Positions 47,234 to 58,923 are shown, numbered from the stretch's first letter. The stretch is DNA of 64,000 bases from an uncultured beta proteobacterium (GCA_963735955.1 CAVTND010000008.1:15085-79084), one strand, 5' to 3'. Program-made: numbers and translations. The notes: a model not told the origin generated them from the sequence alone.

Positions 47234-48559
47234 ATGCGAACCCCGCTGAACCGCCTGCCCGCCAGCCGCCTCGCACGCATGATTGCGGCGCACGAGGTCA
47301 GTTGCGAGGCCGTGACGCACTCGTTTGTCGACGCCATTCACGAACGCGAGCCTGAAGTGCGCGCGTTTGCCTGGTTCGACGCGCCGCGCGCGCTTGACGT
47401 GGCGCGCGAGCATGATCGGCCGCCGTGGCGCGGCCCGCTGCACGGCCTGCCGGTCGCAGTCAAGGATCTGATCGACACTGCCGACATTCCAAGCGAGTAC
47501 GGCTCTTCGATCTTCATCGGACATCGTCCCAGTGCTGACGCCGCTTGCGTGGCGGCGTTCAAGAGCGCCGGCGGATTCGTTTTCGGCAAGACGGTGACAG
47601 CGGAGCTCGCCAACTTCACGCCGGGCGCGACCCGCAACCCACATCATCCTGAACACACGCCGGGTGGTTCGTCGAGCGGTTCGGCGGCTGCGGTGGCGGC
47701 GCGCATGACGCCTTTTGCCCTTGGCACCCAAACCGCGGGATCAGTGATCCGGCCGGCGGCGTTTTGCGGCGTGGTCGGCTTCGTGCCGACACGCGGGCGT
47801 GTACCTCGGTCCGGTGTAAAGGCACTGTCGGACACGCTCGATGTCATCGGCGCGTTTGCCCACTCGGTCGATGATGTTGCACTCCTGGCCGCGGCGCTCG
47901 CCCTGGCACCGGAGTGGCAGCACGCGCCGGCCAAGGCATTCGCGCCAAAGATTGCCTGGACTGCCACTCCGTCCGCCGCCCAGCTCGCACCTTCGATGCG
48001 GGCGGCACTGGAGCGCGTTGCGCACCTGCTCGCCGGCAAAGGTGCCCGTGTGCGCGAGATTGCCTGGCCGTTCGATGCGCCCGCCGGCGTGCCGGCATTT
48101 TCCGCGCTGGCCGACGCACAGCGAACCGTGCAGTTGTTCGAAACCGCGCGCGCGCTCGGTCCGGAGTTCGACTATAGAAGGGACCTGCTGTCCGGGCGGC
48201 TGGCCGCACTGATTGAAGACGGACGGGCAATTGGCGCCGCGACCTACGTCGAAGCCCTGCAACTCGGACGCGACTGCGCTGCTGCGCTTGATGCGCTGAT
48301 AGGTGACGCCGACGTCGTTCTGGCACCGAGCGCCCCGGGTGAGGCACCCTACGGCCTGGGTGCAACCGGCGATCCGCAGTTCAACCGCCCCTGGCACCTG
48401 CTCGGCGCCCCGCAGATCAACCTTCCCCTGCCAGGTGCAGTGGGGCACGGCGAAGCGGGACTGCCGCTCGGACTGCAGTTGATTGCACGTCCCGGTGCTG
48501 ACGAACGCATTCTGGCCGCGGCGGCGTGGGCCGAAGCGCAGCTGGCGACGGCCGCCTGA
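47234..48559 (+). CDS. Amidase (amidase-signature family)
   Basis: GLPVAVKDLIDT, GGSSSGSAAAVAA, GTQTAGSVIRPAAFCGVVGF. Confidence 0.85.
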   Translation: MRTPLNRLPASRLARMIAAHEVSCEAVTHSFVDAIHEREPEVRAFAWFDAPRALDVAREHDRPPWRGPLHGLPVAVKDLIDTADIPSEYGSSIFIGHRPSADAACVAAFKSAGGFVFGKTVTAELANFTPGATRNPHHPEHTPGGSSSGSAAAVAARMTPFALGTQTAGSVIRPAAFCGVVGFVPTRGRVPRSGVKALSDTLDVIGAFAHSVDDVALLAAALALAPEWQHAPAKAFAPKIAWTATPSAAQLAPSMRAALERVAHLLAGKGARVREIAWPFDAPAGVPAFSALADAQRTVQLFETARALGPEFDYRRDLLSGRLAALIEDGRAIGAATYVEALQLGRDCAAALDALIGDADVVLAPSAPGEAPYGLGATGDPQFNRPWHLLGAPQINLPLPGAVGHGEAGLPLGLQLIARPGADERILAAAAWAEAQLATAA

Positions 48560-48575
48560 TGTCAGCCCACTAAGC

Positions 48576-49967
48576 ATGGCGATTGTCGTCGACGAGCAGA
48601 TCAGCTTTTCAACTTCCGTGCCGTTGGTGGTGATCGGCGCTGGTGCGGCCGGCATACTGGCAGCGTTGGCGGCGCGCAAGGCCGGCGCTAAGGTGTTGCT
48701 GCTGGATCGCGACGCCGCACCGTCCGGCGCCACCGGTCAATCTTCCGGCATGATCCCGGCCGCCGGATCTCCGGCGCAGGCTGCGCGCGGAATCGCGGAT
48801 ACGCCCGAGCGCTTCGCCGCCGACGTTCAGGAAAAGTCGAATCACCGCTCGTTCGAAGTTCTGGTCGAGGCCTATACGCAGCAGGCAGCGCAGGTGCTGG
48901 CGTGGCTGCAGACGGACTACGGGATGGCGTTCGAACTGGTCGACGGCGTTCCGCCCGGGCACTCGGTGCCGCGCATGCATGCACTCGTCGAGCGTGGCGG
49001 CACAGCATTGATGTCGGCCCTGGTTCGCGCGCTTGCGGACTCGGGAGTGCGCCTGCAGTCGGCGACGCGCGTGACGGATCTGATTACTGATCGTGAACAG
49101 CGCGTGCGTGGTGTGCGCTTCACGCGCGGCGAGTCGAGTGTCGGCGAAGTCGGCTGCTCCGCGCTGATCCTCGCCACCAATGGCTTCGGTGCAAACGCAG
49201 ACCTGGTGGCAAAGTATCTGCCGGACGTGCGGGCGCTGCCGTTCGCCGGTCACGACGGCAGCAGCGGCGACGCCTTGACCTGGGGAGTCGAACTCGACGC
49301 TGCCTGCGCGGATCTCGACGGCTTTGTCGCGCACAGTTCGATTGTCATGCCGCAACGTCACCAGATGCCGTGGGCCATGATGACCGAGGGCGCAATTCAG
49401 GTGAATCGTGAAGGCGAGCGGTTCGGCAACGAGCACGAGGGATATTCGGAAAGCGCGCTGTTCGTCCTTGCGCAGACCGACGGCGTGGCCTTCAACATCT
49501 ACGATGAACGCATTCATGAGGTCGGACTGACGATGCCCGGCTACCCGGAAGCGGTGGCCCAGGGTCTGGTCAAGCGCGGCGCCACACTGCGCGAGTTGGC
49601 GGATGTGCTGGGGGTGGACCGCGACGGACTCGAACAATCCGTCGCTGTCGTCAATTCGCTGGCCTTCGAGGACGAGACCGACGATTTCGGGCGCGCGTTT
49701 CACGCCTCGCAGATGATTCTTACTCCGTTCTACGGCGTTAAGGTCACCGGCGCGCTGCTGGGCACGGAGGGAGGACTTGCGATCGACGCGAACGGTCGCG
49801 TGCTTCGAACCAATGGCCAGGCGCTGCCAAATCTTCTTGCGGCCGGGGGCGCGGCGCGCGGTATCTCCGGCGATGCAGGCGGCGGCTATCTCGAAGGCAA
49901 TGGGCTGCTGGCTGCCGTAGTCGGTGGCTACCTGGCCGGTAGCGCGGCCGCCGAACTGGCCTACTAG
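48576..49967 (+). CDS. FAD-dependent oxidoreductase (fumarate reductase/succinate dehydrogenase flavoprotein-like)
   Basis: VVIGAGAAGILAALAARKAG dinucleotide fold. LATNGFG. C-terminal GLLAAGG..RG. Start taken at the internal ATG 48576. Confidence 0.75.
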   Translation: MAIVVDEQISFSTSVPLVVIGAGAAGILAALAARKAGAKVLLLDRDAAPSGATGQSSGMIPAAGSPAQAARGIADTPERFAADVQEKSNHRSFEVLVEAYTQQAAQVLAWLQTDYGMAFELVDGVPPGHSVPRMHALVERGGTALMSALVRALADSGVRLQSATRVTDLITDREQRVRGVRFTRGESSVGEVGCSALILATNGFGANADLVAKYLPDVRALPFAGHDGSSGDALTWGVELDAACADLDGFVAHSSIVMPQRHQMPWAMMTEGAIQVNREGERFGNEHEGYSESALFVLAQTDGVAFNIYDERIHEVGLTMPGYPEAVAQGLVKRGATLRELADVLGVDRDGLEQSVAVVNSLAFEDETDDFGRAFHASQMILTPFYGVKVTGALLGTEGGLAIDANGRVLRTNGQALPNLLAAGGAARGISGDAGGGYLEGNGLLAAVVGGYLAGSAAAELAY

Positions 49968-50046
49968 GCCCTCAACGCCGAAAGAGTGCGGGGCGCAGCG
50001 GGCCTGTCGCTTGCCGGCCCACTGACCCTCGGTCTTGGCCCAGTGC

Positions 50047-50442
50047 CTATCCGGACTTCGGCAACTGCCGCGGTCGACGCTCGCCATCCGTGGCCACGTA
50101 GACCAGGGTTGCTTCGGTCACCTGCACCAGTTCCTGCTGCAACCGGTTGCGCTCGGCCCAGACCTCGACGTCGACCGTGATCGAGGTCGAGCCTGTTTTC
50201 GTGATCTGGGCATAGAAACTCACCAGGTCGCCGACAAACACCGGATTGCGGAACAGGAAGGATGTGACGGCCACGGTGGCAACGCGTCCGTTGGCGCGTC
50301 GTGCGGCGGGAATCGCGCCGGCAATGTCGACGTGCGCCATGATCCAGCCGCCGAATACGTCGCCATGGATGTTGGCGTCCGAAGGCATTGGCATCATGCG
50401 CAGCACGGCGATCCGGTCGGCTGGAAGTTGTGTTGTGTCCAT
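50047..50442 (-). CDS. Acyl-CoA thioesterase (YciA-like hotdog)
   Basis: MMPMPSDANIHGDVFGGWIMAHVDIAG...FRNPV.VGDLVSFYA. 131 aa. Confidence 0.8.
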   Translation of the reverse strand: MDTTQLPADRIAVLRMMPMPSDANIHGDVFGGWIMAHVDIAGAIPAARRANGRVATVAVTSFLFRNPVFVGDLVSFYAQITKTGSTSITVDVEVWAERNRLQQELVQVTEATLVYVATDGERRPRQLPKSG

Positions 50443-50813
50443 GCGGGTTCAGTTCCGATGTATTGCGAGCGTTGCGCGCGCCAAGCAGCCCGCGATCTGG
50501 CGAGCCATTCGCGCGCCTTTGCCTTCGCTGGCGACGACAATGACCTTGCCTACGTATCGCATCGCGAATCCGGATAATGCGGAGGATGCGAAGCGTACCT
50601 GTGCTGACGATTCTGGGGGGTCCTTTCCATTCCGTTGCAATGCGCGCGCCCGCCCGGCCTGTCCACGGCGCAGCTAGCAGGCTGCGCGGGCCCGACAGCG
50701 CGCAAGCGCTGTCGAGTACTCCCGCTACGCCCAAAGCGCGCGCGCCTGACTTGATCTGGGCTGCGTGCACGTGCGACGGCGCAGCCGTCGCGTACAAGCC
50801 GCCCGACTGAACC

Positions 50814-52649
50814 ATGCGCTGGTCCACTCCACGCGAAGCCTTGCCCAGCGCTCCCCGCGCACGCAATGACTGGCAAACGCTGGGTCAACTGTTCCCCTAC
50901 CTATGGGCCTACAAGGGACGGGTCCTGATCGCGCTGGCCTGCCTGTTGGCCGCCAAGATGGCGACGGTGTCGGTGCCGATCCTGCTCAAGCATCTGGTTG
51001 ATGCCCTGGCGCCTGCCACCGTCGCCGCGACCGCACTGGTGGTGCCGCTGGCGCTGGTGGCCGCCTACGGCGCCCTGCGCTTCGCGACCTCGCTGTTCAC
51101 CGAGCTGCGCGAATTCTTCTTTGTCCATGTCACCCAGTCGGCGACGCGCACTCTGGCGCTGAAGACCTTCCGTCATCTGCATGCGCTCTCCCTCGCCTAC
51201 CACCTCGAGCGCCGCACCGGCGCCGTCACGCGCGAAATCGATCATGGGGTGCGCGGAATCTCCTCGCTGGTCAGCTTCACCCTGTATTCGATCCTGCCGA
51301 CCCTGATCGAGATCGGCCTGGTTGTCGGCTACCTGGTCTGGAACTACGAGATCTGGTTCGCGCTGATCGTCGCCGTCAGCCTGAGCCTGTACATCGTGTT
51401 CACGGTGGTCGTGACCAACTGGCGCACGCTGGTGCGGCGGCGCTGGAACGAACTGGAAACGCGCGCGCAATCGCGCGCGGTCGATTCCCTGCTCAATTTC
51501 GAGACCGTCAAGTACTTCGGCAACGAAGACTACGAGGCGCGCCGCTATGACGAGACTCTCGCCCAGAGCCAGCACACGGCGGTCTTGTCGCAGCAGTCGC
51601 TGAACGTTCTTAACGCCGGTCAGCAGGCGATCATCGCGATCGGCCTGACGCTGGTGTTGTGGCGGGCTGCCGAGGGCGTGGCCAGCGGCGCGTTGACGAT
51701 CGGCGATCTGGTGCTGATCAACGCGTTCATGATCCAGCTGTATATCCCGCTCAATTTCCTTGGCGTGATCTACCGGGAGATCAAGCAGAGCCTGGCGGAC
51801 ATGGACCGCATGTTTGCGCTGCTGGAGGCCAACCGCGAAATCCAGGATGCGCCCGGAGCGCGCGCGCTGACAGTCGGGCGCGCCGAGGTCCGGTTCGAGC
51901 AGGTCGACTTTGCGTATGACCCGCGCCGACAGGTGTTGCATGGCGTCAACTTCACGATTCCCGGCGGCTCGACCACGGCAGTAGTCGGCGCGACCGGCTC
52001 GGGCAAGTCGACGCTGGCGCGCCTGCTGTTCCGCTTCTACGACGTGCAGGGCGGCCGCGTCTGCATCGATGGCCAGGATGTGCGTGCGGTCACGCAGGCG
52101 AGTCTGCGCGCCGCCATCGGCATCGTGCCGCAGGACACGGTGCTGTTCAACGACACGATCGAATACAACATCGCCTACGGGCGGCCGGGGGCGGGCCGCG
52201 AGCAGGTCATTGCGGCGGCGCGCTCAGCGCATATCCACGACTTCGTCGCCTCTCTGCCCGATGGCTATGCAACGCAGGTTGGCGAGCGTGGCCTCAAGCT
52301 TTCGGGCGGCGAGAAGCAGCGGGTGGCGATCGCACGGACCCTGCTCAAGGATCCGGCGATCCTGATCTTCGACGAGGCTACCTCGGCGCTCGATTCACGC
52401 ACCGAGCGGGTCATCCAGTCCGAACTCGAGGCGATTGCGCGCGATCGAACCACCCTGGTGATTGCGCACCGTCTGTCGACCATCGTGCACGCCAGTCAGA
52501 TCCTGGTCATGGATCACGGCCGCATCATCGAGCGCGGCACGCACGACACGCTGCTGGCGCACCGCGGCGCCTACGCTGCGATGTGGGAAATGCAGGCGCG
52601 CGAGCGACGCACGACTGATGCTTCGCTGGCAAGTGCGCCCTCAGCCTGA
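50814..52649 (+). CDS. ABC transporter, fused permease/ATPase, Atm1/HMT1-type exporter
   Basis: Six-TM domain plus an NBD (GATGSGKST, LSGGEKQRVAIAR, ILIFDEATSALD). The SLLNFETVKYFGNEDYEARRY motif is characteristic of the Atm1 family. Confidence 0.85.
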   Translation: MRWSTPREALPSAPRARNDWQTLGQLFPYLWAYKGRVLIALACLLAAKMATVSVPILLKHLVDALAPATVAATALVVPLALVAAYGALRFATSLFTELREFFFVHVTQSATRTLALKTFRHLHALSLAYHLERRTGAVTREIDHGVRGISSLVSFTLYSILPTLIEIGLVVGYLVWNYEIWFALIVAVSLSLYIVFTVVVTNWRTLVRRRWNELETRAQSRAVDSLLNFETVKYFGNEDYEARRYDETLAQSQHTAVLSQQSLNVLNAGQQAIIAIGLTLVLWRAAEGVASGALTIGDLVLINAFMIQLYIPLNFLGVIYREIKQSLADMDRMFALLEANREIQDAPGARALTVGRAEVRFEQVDFAYDPRRQVLHGVNFTIPGGSTTAVVGATGSGKSTLARLLFRFYDVQGGRVCIDGQDVRAVTQASLRAAIGIVPQDTVLFNDTIEYNIAYGRPGAGREQVIAAARSAHIHDFVASLPDGYATQVGERGLKLSGGEKQRVAIARTLLKDPAILIFDEATSALDSRTERVIQSELEAIARDRTTLVIAHRLSTIVHASQILVMDHGRIIERGTHDTLLAHRGAYAAMWEMQARERRTTDASLASAPSA

Positions 52650-52752
52650 ATCCGGACCTGCCTTACACACGATTGCGGGTGTGCAGTGATCAGCCGGGCT
52701 GCTAGTCTCGATCCGCCGCGCTGGTCTCGCACCGATCGCCGCAATCTCCATC

Positions 52753-54126
52753 ATGTTTGACGATCCGATTCTCCTTGCGCGTGCGCAGTTCGGCCTGAAT
52801 ATCGGGTTTCACATCCTGTTCCCGACGGTGACGATTGCGCTTGCCTGGGTGCTTGTCTACCTGCGAGTGCGCGATGCGAACGGCGGCGCGGCCTGGGTTG
52901 CGGTTGCCTACCGGCTCTGGGTCAAGATCTTCGCGCTGTCATTCGGGCTTGGGGTGGTGTCGGGGCTGACGATGAGCTTTCAGTTCGGCACCAACTGGCC
53001 GGGTTTCATGGAGAAGGCGGGAAATGTCGCCGGGCCACTCCTCGGCTACGAAGTGATGACCGCATTCTTTCTCGAGGCCAGCTTCATTGGCGTCATGCTG
53101 TTCGGACGCGACCGCGTACCGGAGTGGCTGCACACCGTTTCAGCGCTGCTGGTCGCAATTGGCACCAGCCTGTCGGCGTTCTGGATCCTCGCGCTCAATT
53201 CGTGGATGCAGACGCCGCAGGGATTCAGCATCATCGATGGGAGATTCCACGCCGCCGACTGGTGGGCGATCGTCTTCAATCCCAGCTTTCCCTTCCGCCT
53301 CGCGCACATGTGGCTCGCATCGGCGCTGACCGTCGCGTTCCTGATTGCGGGACTGTCAGCGTTCCAGCTGCTGCGCAACCGTGCCCACGAGCCGGCGCGG
53401 CACATGCTGCGGCATGGTCTCGTCATGGGCGCATTGCTGGCGCCACTGCAGGCACAGGTCGGTGACATGCACGGCCTGAATACCCTCGAGCACCAGCCCG
53501 CGAAGATTGCCGCGATCGAAGCGATCTGGCATACCGAGCGCGGCTCTCCTCTCGTGCTGTTTGCCTGGCCGGACGCGGCCGAAACCCGCAACAAGTATTC
53601 AATCGAAGTGCCGCACCTGGCGAGCCTGATCCTCACGCACGAGTTCAATGGTGAAGTGAAGGGCTTGAACGAGTTCGCCGGCAAGCATCCGCCGGTCGCT
53701 CCAGTTTTCTTTGCGTTCCGCGCCATGGTTGGCGTTGGCGTGCTGATGATCGTCACCGCCTGGTGGTCCTGCTTTCGGTTATGGCGACGCGGCGAACTGC
53801 AGCTTTGGCTGTTGCGGTGGCTGGCATGCATGACGTTTGCTGGTTGGATAGCGACCCTGTGCGGCTGGATGGTGAGCGAGATCGGTCGCCAGCCCTGGCT
53901 GGTCTACGGCCTGCTTGCCACGGCCGACGCCGCTTCCGCCGTGCCAGCTGCCCAGATCGGCTTCACGCTGATCGCCTACGCATTGGTGTACGCGGGGCTG
54001 CTCGTCTCGTACATGGTGGTGCTCACTCAGCTCGCGATCAAGGAAGCAAAGGAAGCGAACGACGCCGGCACCACGCCTAGCGAGGGCACGCCGCCGGGTC
54101 CCTCGGCCAGTCCAGCAGCGGCCTGA
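52753..54126 (+). CDS. cydA: Cytochrome bd-type ubiquinol oxidase subunit I (short Q-loop, CioA-like size)
   Basis: LARAQFGLNIGFHILFPT, GYEVMTAFFLEASFIG, GWMVSEIGRQPW. 457 aa. Confidence 0.9.
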   Translation: MFDDPILLARAQFGLNIGFHILFPTVTIALAWVLVYLRVRDANGGAAWVAVAYRLWVKIFALSFGLGVVSGLTMSFQFGTNWPGFMEKAGNVAGPLLGYEVMTAFFLEASFIGVMLFGRDRVPEWLHTVSALLVAIGTSLSAFWILALNSWMQTPQGFSIIDGRFHAADWWAIVFNPSFPFRLAHMWLASALTVAFLIAGLSAFQLLRNRAHEPARHMLRHGLVMGALLAPLQAQVGDMHGLNTLEHQPAKIAAIEAIWHTERGSPLVLFAWPDAAETRNKYSIEVPHLASLILTHEFNGEVKGLNEFAGKHPPVAPVFFAFRAMVGVGVLMIVTAWWSCFRLWRRGELQLWLLRWLACMTFAGWIATLCGWMVSEIGRQPWLVYGLLATADAASAVPAAQIGFTLIAYALVYAGLLVSYMVVLTQLAIKEAKEANDAGTTPSEGTPPGPSASPAAA

Positions 54127-54134
54127 TCAAACGC

Positions 54135-55130
<996 letters not shown>

Positions 55131-55333
55131 CAGATCAATAGGACCTGGCGGTGCAGATTTCCGCCGCAAGCTTGTTGCGTTGCACCAGCCGGGTGCAGGT
55201 CCTGGCTTCGTCCAATTTCTGACACCGCGATGTAGCCGCGGCGATTGGCTGAGTTACAGTCACAATTCCGCGTCCTGCGGGCCCGACTGAAGAATTCCCG
55301 GGGATCCGGGTTATGCGAAAAGGAGAGGATTCA

Positions 55334-56368
55334 ATGATCAAGAATGCGAGCAAGGTGCTGGCAGCAGGCGTGGTCGCCGCCGCCGCGCTGGCCTCCGCGC
55401 CGGCCCACGCCGGCAAGACCCTCGACGGGATCAAGGCGCGTGGCCAGGTGATCTGCGGAGTGAACGTTGGCCTGGCCGGATTCTCGGTGGCCGATAGCAA
55501 GGGCGAGTGGAGCGGACTGGACGTGGACATCTGCCGTGCCATTGCAGCAGCTGTCCTCGGTGATGGCACCAAGGTCAAGTTTGTTCCCCTCAATGCGCAA
55601 CAACGCTTCACCGCGCTGCAGTCCGGCGAGATCGACATCCTGTCGCGCAATACGACCTGGACCCTGACGCGTGACGCCTCGCTCGGCATGTTCTTCACGG
55701 GCACGACCTACTACGACGGCCAGGGTTTCATGGCGCCGGCAAAGAGCAAGATCAAGACCGGGAAAGATCTGAAGGGCGCAACCGTTTGTGTGCAGTCGGG
55801 CACAACGACCGAGAAGAACCTGACGGACTACGCGCGCGCCAACAACCTCGCCATCAAGCCGGTCGTGTTCGAGAAAGTCGAAGCAGCCACCGGCGCCTAC
55901 TTCTCCGGCCGCTGCCAGGCCTATACGACGGACGCCTCCGGACTGGCCTCGGTGCGCAACAAGGAGGCCAAGAATCCGGACGAACACGTCATTCTGCCGA
56001 CGCTCATTTCGAAGGAGCCTCTCGGCCCGGCGGTGCGGCGCGGCGACGACGAGTGGTTCACGATCGTCAAGTGGGTCGTGTTCGGCCTGATCGAGGCCGA
56101 GGAATATGGCCTGACGCAGAAGAATGTCGATGAGCAAGTCAAGACGAGCACGGACCCGGTCATCATGCGCATCGTCGGCACTTCCGAAGACACCGGCAAG
56201 CTGATGGGTCTCGACAAGAACTGGATGGTCAACGCGCTCAAGGCCACCGGCAATTACGGCGAGATCTTCGAACGAAATGTTGGCCCGAACTCGCCACTCA
56301 AGTTGCCACGCGGACTGAACAACTTGTGGAACAAGGGCGGTATCGTTTACGCGCCGCCGGTTCGCTGA
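55334..56368 (+). CDS. aapJ: General L-amino-acid ABC transporter substrate-binding protein
   Basis: SD AAAGGAGAGG, then ATG at 55334. Signal peptide, then TLD.IKARG...CGVN..L.GFS and DILSRNTTWT, typical of AapJ/BztA. Confidence 0.85.
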   Translation: MIKNASKVLAAGVVAAAALASAPAHAGKTLDGIKARGQVICGVNVGLAGFSVADSKGEWSGLDVDICRAIAAAVLGDGTKVKFVPLNAQQRFTALQSGEIDILSRNTTWTLTRDASLGMFFTGTTYYDGQGFMAPAKSKIKTGKDLKGATVCVQSGTTTEKNLTDYARANNLAIKPVVFEKVEAATGAYFSGRCQAYTTDASGLASVRNKEAKNPDEHVILPTLISKEPLGPAVRRGDDEWFTIVKWVVFGLIEAEEYGLTQKNVDEQVKTSTDPVIMRIVGTSEDTGKLMGLDKNWMVNALKATGNYGEIFERNVGPNSPLKLPRGLNNLWNKGGIVYAPPVR

Positions 56369-56568
56369 AAGCGAACGGGAGGCGCTGTTCGCGCAATGCG
56401 CGAACGCGCATGATTAGCTTTCCCACTCACCCCCAGCCCCTCTCTCCCAAGGGAGAGAGGGGTGGTGAAGTGAGGGGAGATCTTGGGCCCGGTTCACACC
56501 AGCACGGAGCTTGCGGCGCTTGCCGCAGGCTCCTATGCGAAGCAGGGTTCGCTCCCTGCTTCGCATAG
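56360..56568. repeat. Cluster of palindromic/REP-like hairpins in the aapJ-aapQ spacer
   Basis: Four palindromic units: GTTCGC-tgaaa-GCGAAC (56360-56376, includes the stop codon); GTTCGCGCA-a-TGCGCGAAC (56387-56405); CCCCTCTCTCCC-aa-GGGAGAGAGGGG (56437-56462, extendable to about 56426-56474); CTATGCGAAGCAGGG-ttcgct-CCCTGCTTCGCATAG (56533-56568). Confidence 0.7.
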
Positions 56569-56607
56569 TCGGTACTCTGAAGCGACGGCGATCCGAGGAG
56601 CAGCGCA

Positions 56608-57801
56608 ATGTCACAGGCCATGCCGGGGCGTGTACCGCCCAAGCGACGCGACTGGTCCTGGCGCAGCCAGGCGTTTCGCGGCCTGATCTACCAGATCATC
56701 GCGATCGGCCTGATCGCGTTCGCGGTCTGGTTCCTGGCGCACAACACGCTCGAGAACATGCGGGTGCGCGGCATCCAGAGCGGCTTCGGCTTTCTGCTCA
56801 CGCCGGCCGGCTTCGACATCGGCGAGATGCTGTTTTCCTACGATGCGCTGGACCCGTATTGGAAGGCGTTCCTGGTCGGTATCGCCAATACCTTGCGTGT
56901 CGCGATCATCGGCATCATTCTGACGACCCTGCTCGGTACAGCACTCGGCGTGGGGCGGTTTTCGCGCAATGCGCTGGTGCGCGGCCTTTGCTACGGATAC
57001 GTCGAGCTGTTCCGCAACATTCCGGTGCTGCTGCAACTGCTGATGTGGTACCTGCTGTTCACGGAGATGCTGCCCGATCCGTTCGATCCGATCACCGCAT
57101 TCGGGCTGTTTTCCTTGAGCAAGGGCGGCTTCGTCTATCCGGTTCCGGTCTGGGGCCTGGGGCAGGGCCTGGCACTTGTTGGAGCGCTGGTCGGCGTTGT
57201 TGCGGCTTGGCAGTACCGGCGTTGGGCACAAAGAAAGTTCGAGCTGACCGGCAGGGTGCGCAGCATGTTCTGGGTGCCGATCGCGATCGTCGTGGCCATG
57301 GCGTTCGTCGGCTGGCTAGTCGGCGGCGCGCCGACCGAATTCAGCATCCCCAGTCGCGTTGAAGGCAGCACAGTCGAAGGCGGAACGGCAGTGACGCCCG
57401 AGTTTCTGGCGGTGCTGCTCGGTCTTACCTTCTACACGTCGGCCTTCGTCGCCGAGGTCGTGCGCGCTGGAATCGCATCGGTGTCGCTCGGCCAGATCGA
57501 GGCCGCGAGCAGTCTCGGCCTGTCGCGCGGCCAGGCGATGCGACTCGTGGTCCTGCCGCAGGCCATGCGCGTGATCATTCCTCCGATGACGAACCAGTAC
57601 CTGAACCTGACCAAGAACTCGTCACTGGCAGTCGCAATCGGCTATCCCGACGTGGTGTCGATTGCAAACACCGCGATCAACCAGACCGGCCGCGCGGTGG
57701 AGTGTATCGCCATCATCATGGCGGTGTACCTGACGACCTCGCTTTCGACCTCCGCGCTGATGAACTGGTACAACAAGCGCGCCGCGATCAAGGAGCGATG
57801 A
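56608..57801 (+). CDS. aapQ: Amino-acid ABC transporter permease
   Basis: 397-aa polytopic protein. SD GAGGAG. AEVVRAGI.SV..GQ.EAA.SLGL is the EAA-loop region. Confidence 0.85.
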   Translation: MSQAMPGRVPPKRRDWSWRSQAFRGLIYQIIAIGLIAFAVWFLAHNTLENMRVRGIQSGFGFLLTPAGFDIGEMLFSYDALDPYWKAFLVGIANTLRVAIIGIILTTLLGTALGVGRFSRNALVRGLCYGYVELFRNIPVLLQLLMWYLLFTEMLPDPFDPITAFGLFSLSKGGFVYPVPVWGLGQGLALVGALVGVVAAWQYRRWAQRKFELTGRVRSMFWVPIAIVVAMAFVGWLVGGAPTEFSIPSRVEGSTVEGGTAVTPEFLAVLLGLTFYTSAFVAEVVRAGIASVSLGQIEAASSLGLSRGQAMRLVVLPQAMRVIIPPMTNQYLNLTKNSSLAVAIGYPDVVSIANTAINQTGRAVECIAIIMAVYLTTSLSTSALMNWYNKRAAIKER

Positions 57802-58904
57802 TGAGTGCGATCTTTCAGCCGATCGCACCGCGTTCGGCTCCGATCCGGACAACGGGTGCTGTTGCCTGGGTGCGAGGGAACCTGTTTGCCGACTGGAAGA
57901 GCAGTCTGACGACCGTGGTGATGATCGCGCTGGCGGTCGCCTACCTGCCGGGGCTCGCCGACTGGGCGATCGTGCAGGCTGTGCTGCAGCCGAACGCCGA
58001 GATCTGCCAGGCCGCGCGCGGCAGCGGCGCCTGCTGGGGCGTAGTCACGGAGAAGTACCGATTGATCATTTTCGGCCGCTATCCGTACGAGGATCAGTGG
58101 CGGCCGCAGCTGGCGACGATCCTGCTGGTCGGACTGCTGTGTGTCAGCTGCATCCGCACTTTCTGGAAACCATGGCTGGCGCTGCTCTGGGTGGTCGTAC
58201 TCGCGGTGTTCTTCGGGTTGATGTACGGCGGCGTGGCAGGGCTTTCGGTAGTCACGACCGATCGTTGGGGTGGGCTTCCGCTCACGATCATGTTGTCGTC
58301 GCTGTCGATCGTGCTGGCGTTCCCGCTGTCTGTGCTTGTGGCACTGGGTCGCAAGTCCAAACTGCCTGCCATCCGCACGGTCTGCGTGATCTACGTCGAG
58401 CTGATCCGCGGCGTACCACTGATCTCCGTGCTGTTCATGGCGAGTTTCATGTTTCCGCTGTTCATGCCGCAGGGATTTACGATCGACGTGCTGGTGCGCG
58501 TGCTGGTCGGCATCACGCTGTTCGCGGCCGCCTACATGGCAGAGATTGTGCGCGGCGGGCTCCAGGCCATCCCGAAGGGTCAGGTCGAAGCAGCCGATTC
58601 GCTTGGCCTGTCCTACTGGCAGACTCAGCGCAAGATCGTGCTGCCGCAGGCGCTCGCCATGGTGGTGCCGGGAATCATGAATAACTTCATTTCGATCTTC
58701 AAGGACACCTCGCTGGTGACGATCGTGTCACTGTATGAGCTGACCGGATCACTCGGCCTGGCCTTGAACTCCGACGCCGACTGGCGCCCGTTCAAGATCG
58801 AAGGCTACCTGTTCATCACAGCGATCTACTTCGTTTTCTGCTTCGCCATGTCGCGCTACAGCCTCTGGATCGAGAAGCAACTCAACCGCAGCAAGACACG
58901 CTAG
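57798..58904 (+). CDS. aapM: Amino-acid ABC transporter permease
   Basis: Start MMSAIFQP overlaps the aapQ stop (ATGATGA). [30 protein letters not shown] loop. Confidence 0.85.
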   Translation: MMSAIFQPIAPRSAPIRTTGAVAWVRGNLFADWKSSLTTVVMIALAVAYLPGLADWAIVQAVLQPNAEICQAARGSGACWGVVTEKYRLIIFGRYPYEDQWRPQLATILLVGLLCVSCIRTFWKPWLALLWVVVLAVFFGLMYGGVAGLSVVTTDRWGGLPLTIMLSSLSIVLAFPLSVLVALGRKSKLPAIRTVCVIYVELIRGVPLISVLFMASFMFPLFMPQGFTIDVLVRVLVGITLFAAAYMAEIVRGGLQAIPKGQVEAADSLGLSYWQTQRKIVLPQALAMVVPGIMNNFISIFKDTSLVTIVSLYELTGSLGLALNSDADWRPFKIEGYLFITAIYFVFCFAMSRYSLWIEKQLNRSKTR

Positions 58905-58923
58905 CCGGAACCGGACTCGAATC

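Noticed and set aside
50443-50813. 370-nt divergent spacer between the thioesterase and the ABC exporter, considered as hiding a small regulator gene or an RNA.
   Set aside because: The ORFs here (63-77 aa) are Arg/Ala/Pro-rich with no motifs. I saw no convincing conserved-looking structure. Left unannotated.
55131-55333. Search for a cydX-type mini-ORF after cydB.
   Set aside because: No ATG-initiated hydrophobic ORF of 30-40 codons is present. There is only an imperfect hairpin (GGACCTG..CAGGTCC, about 55141-55202), a possible terminator.
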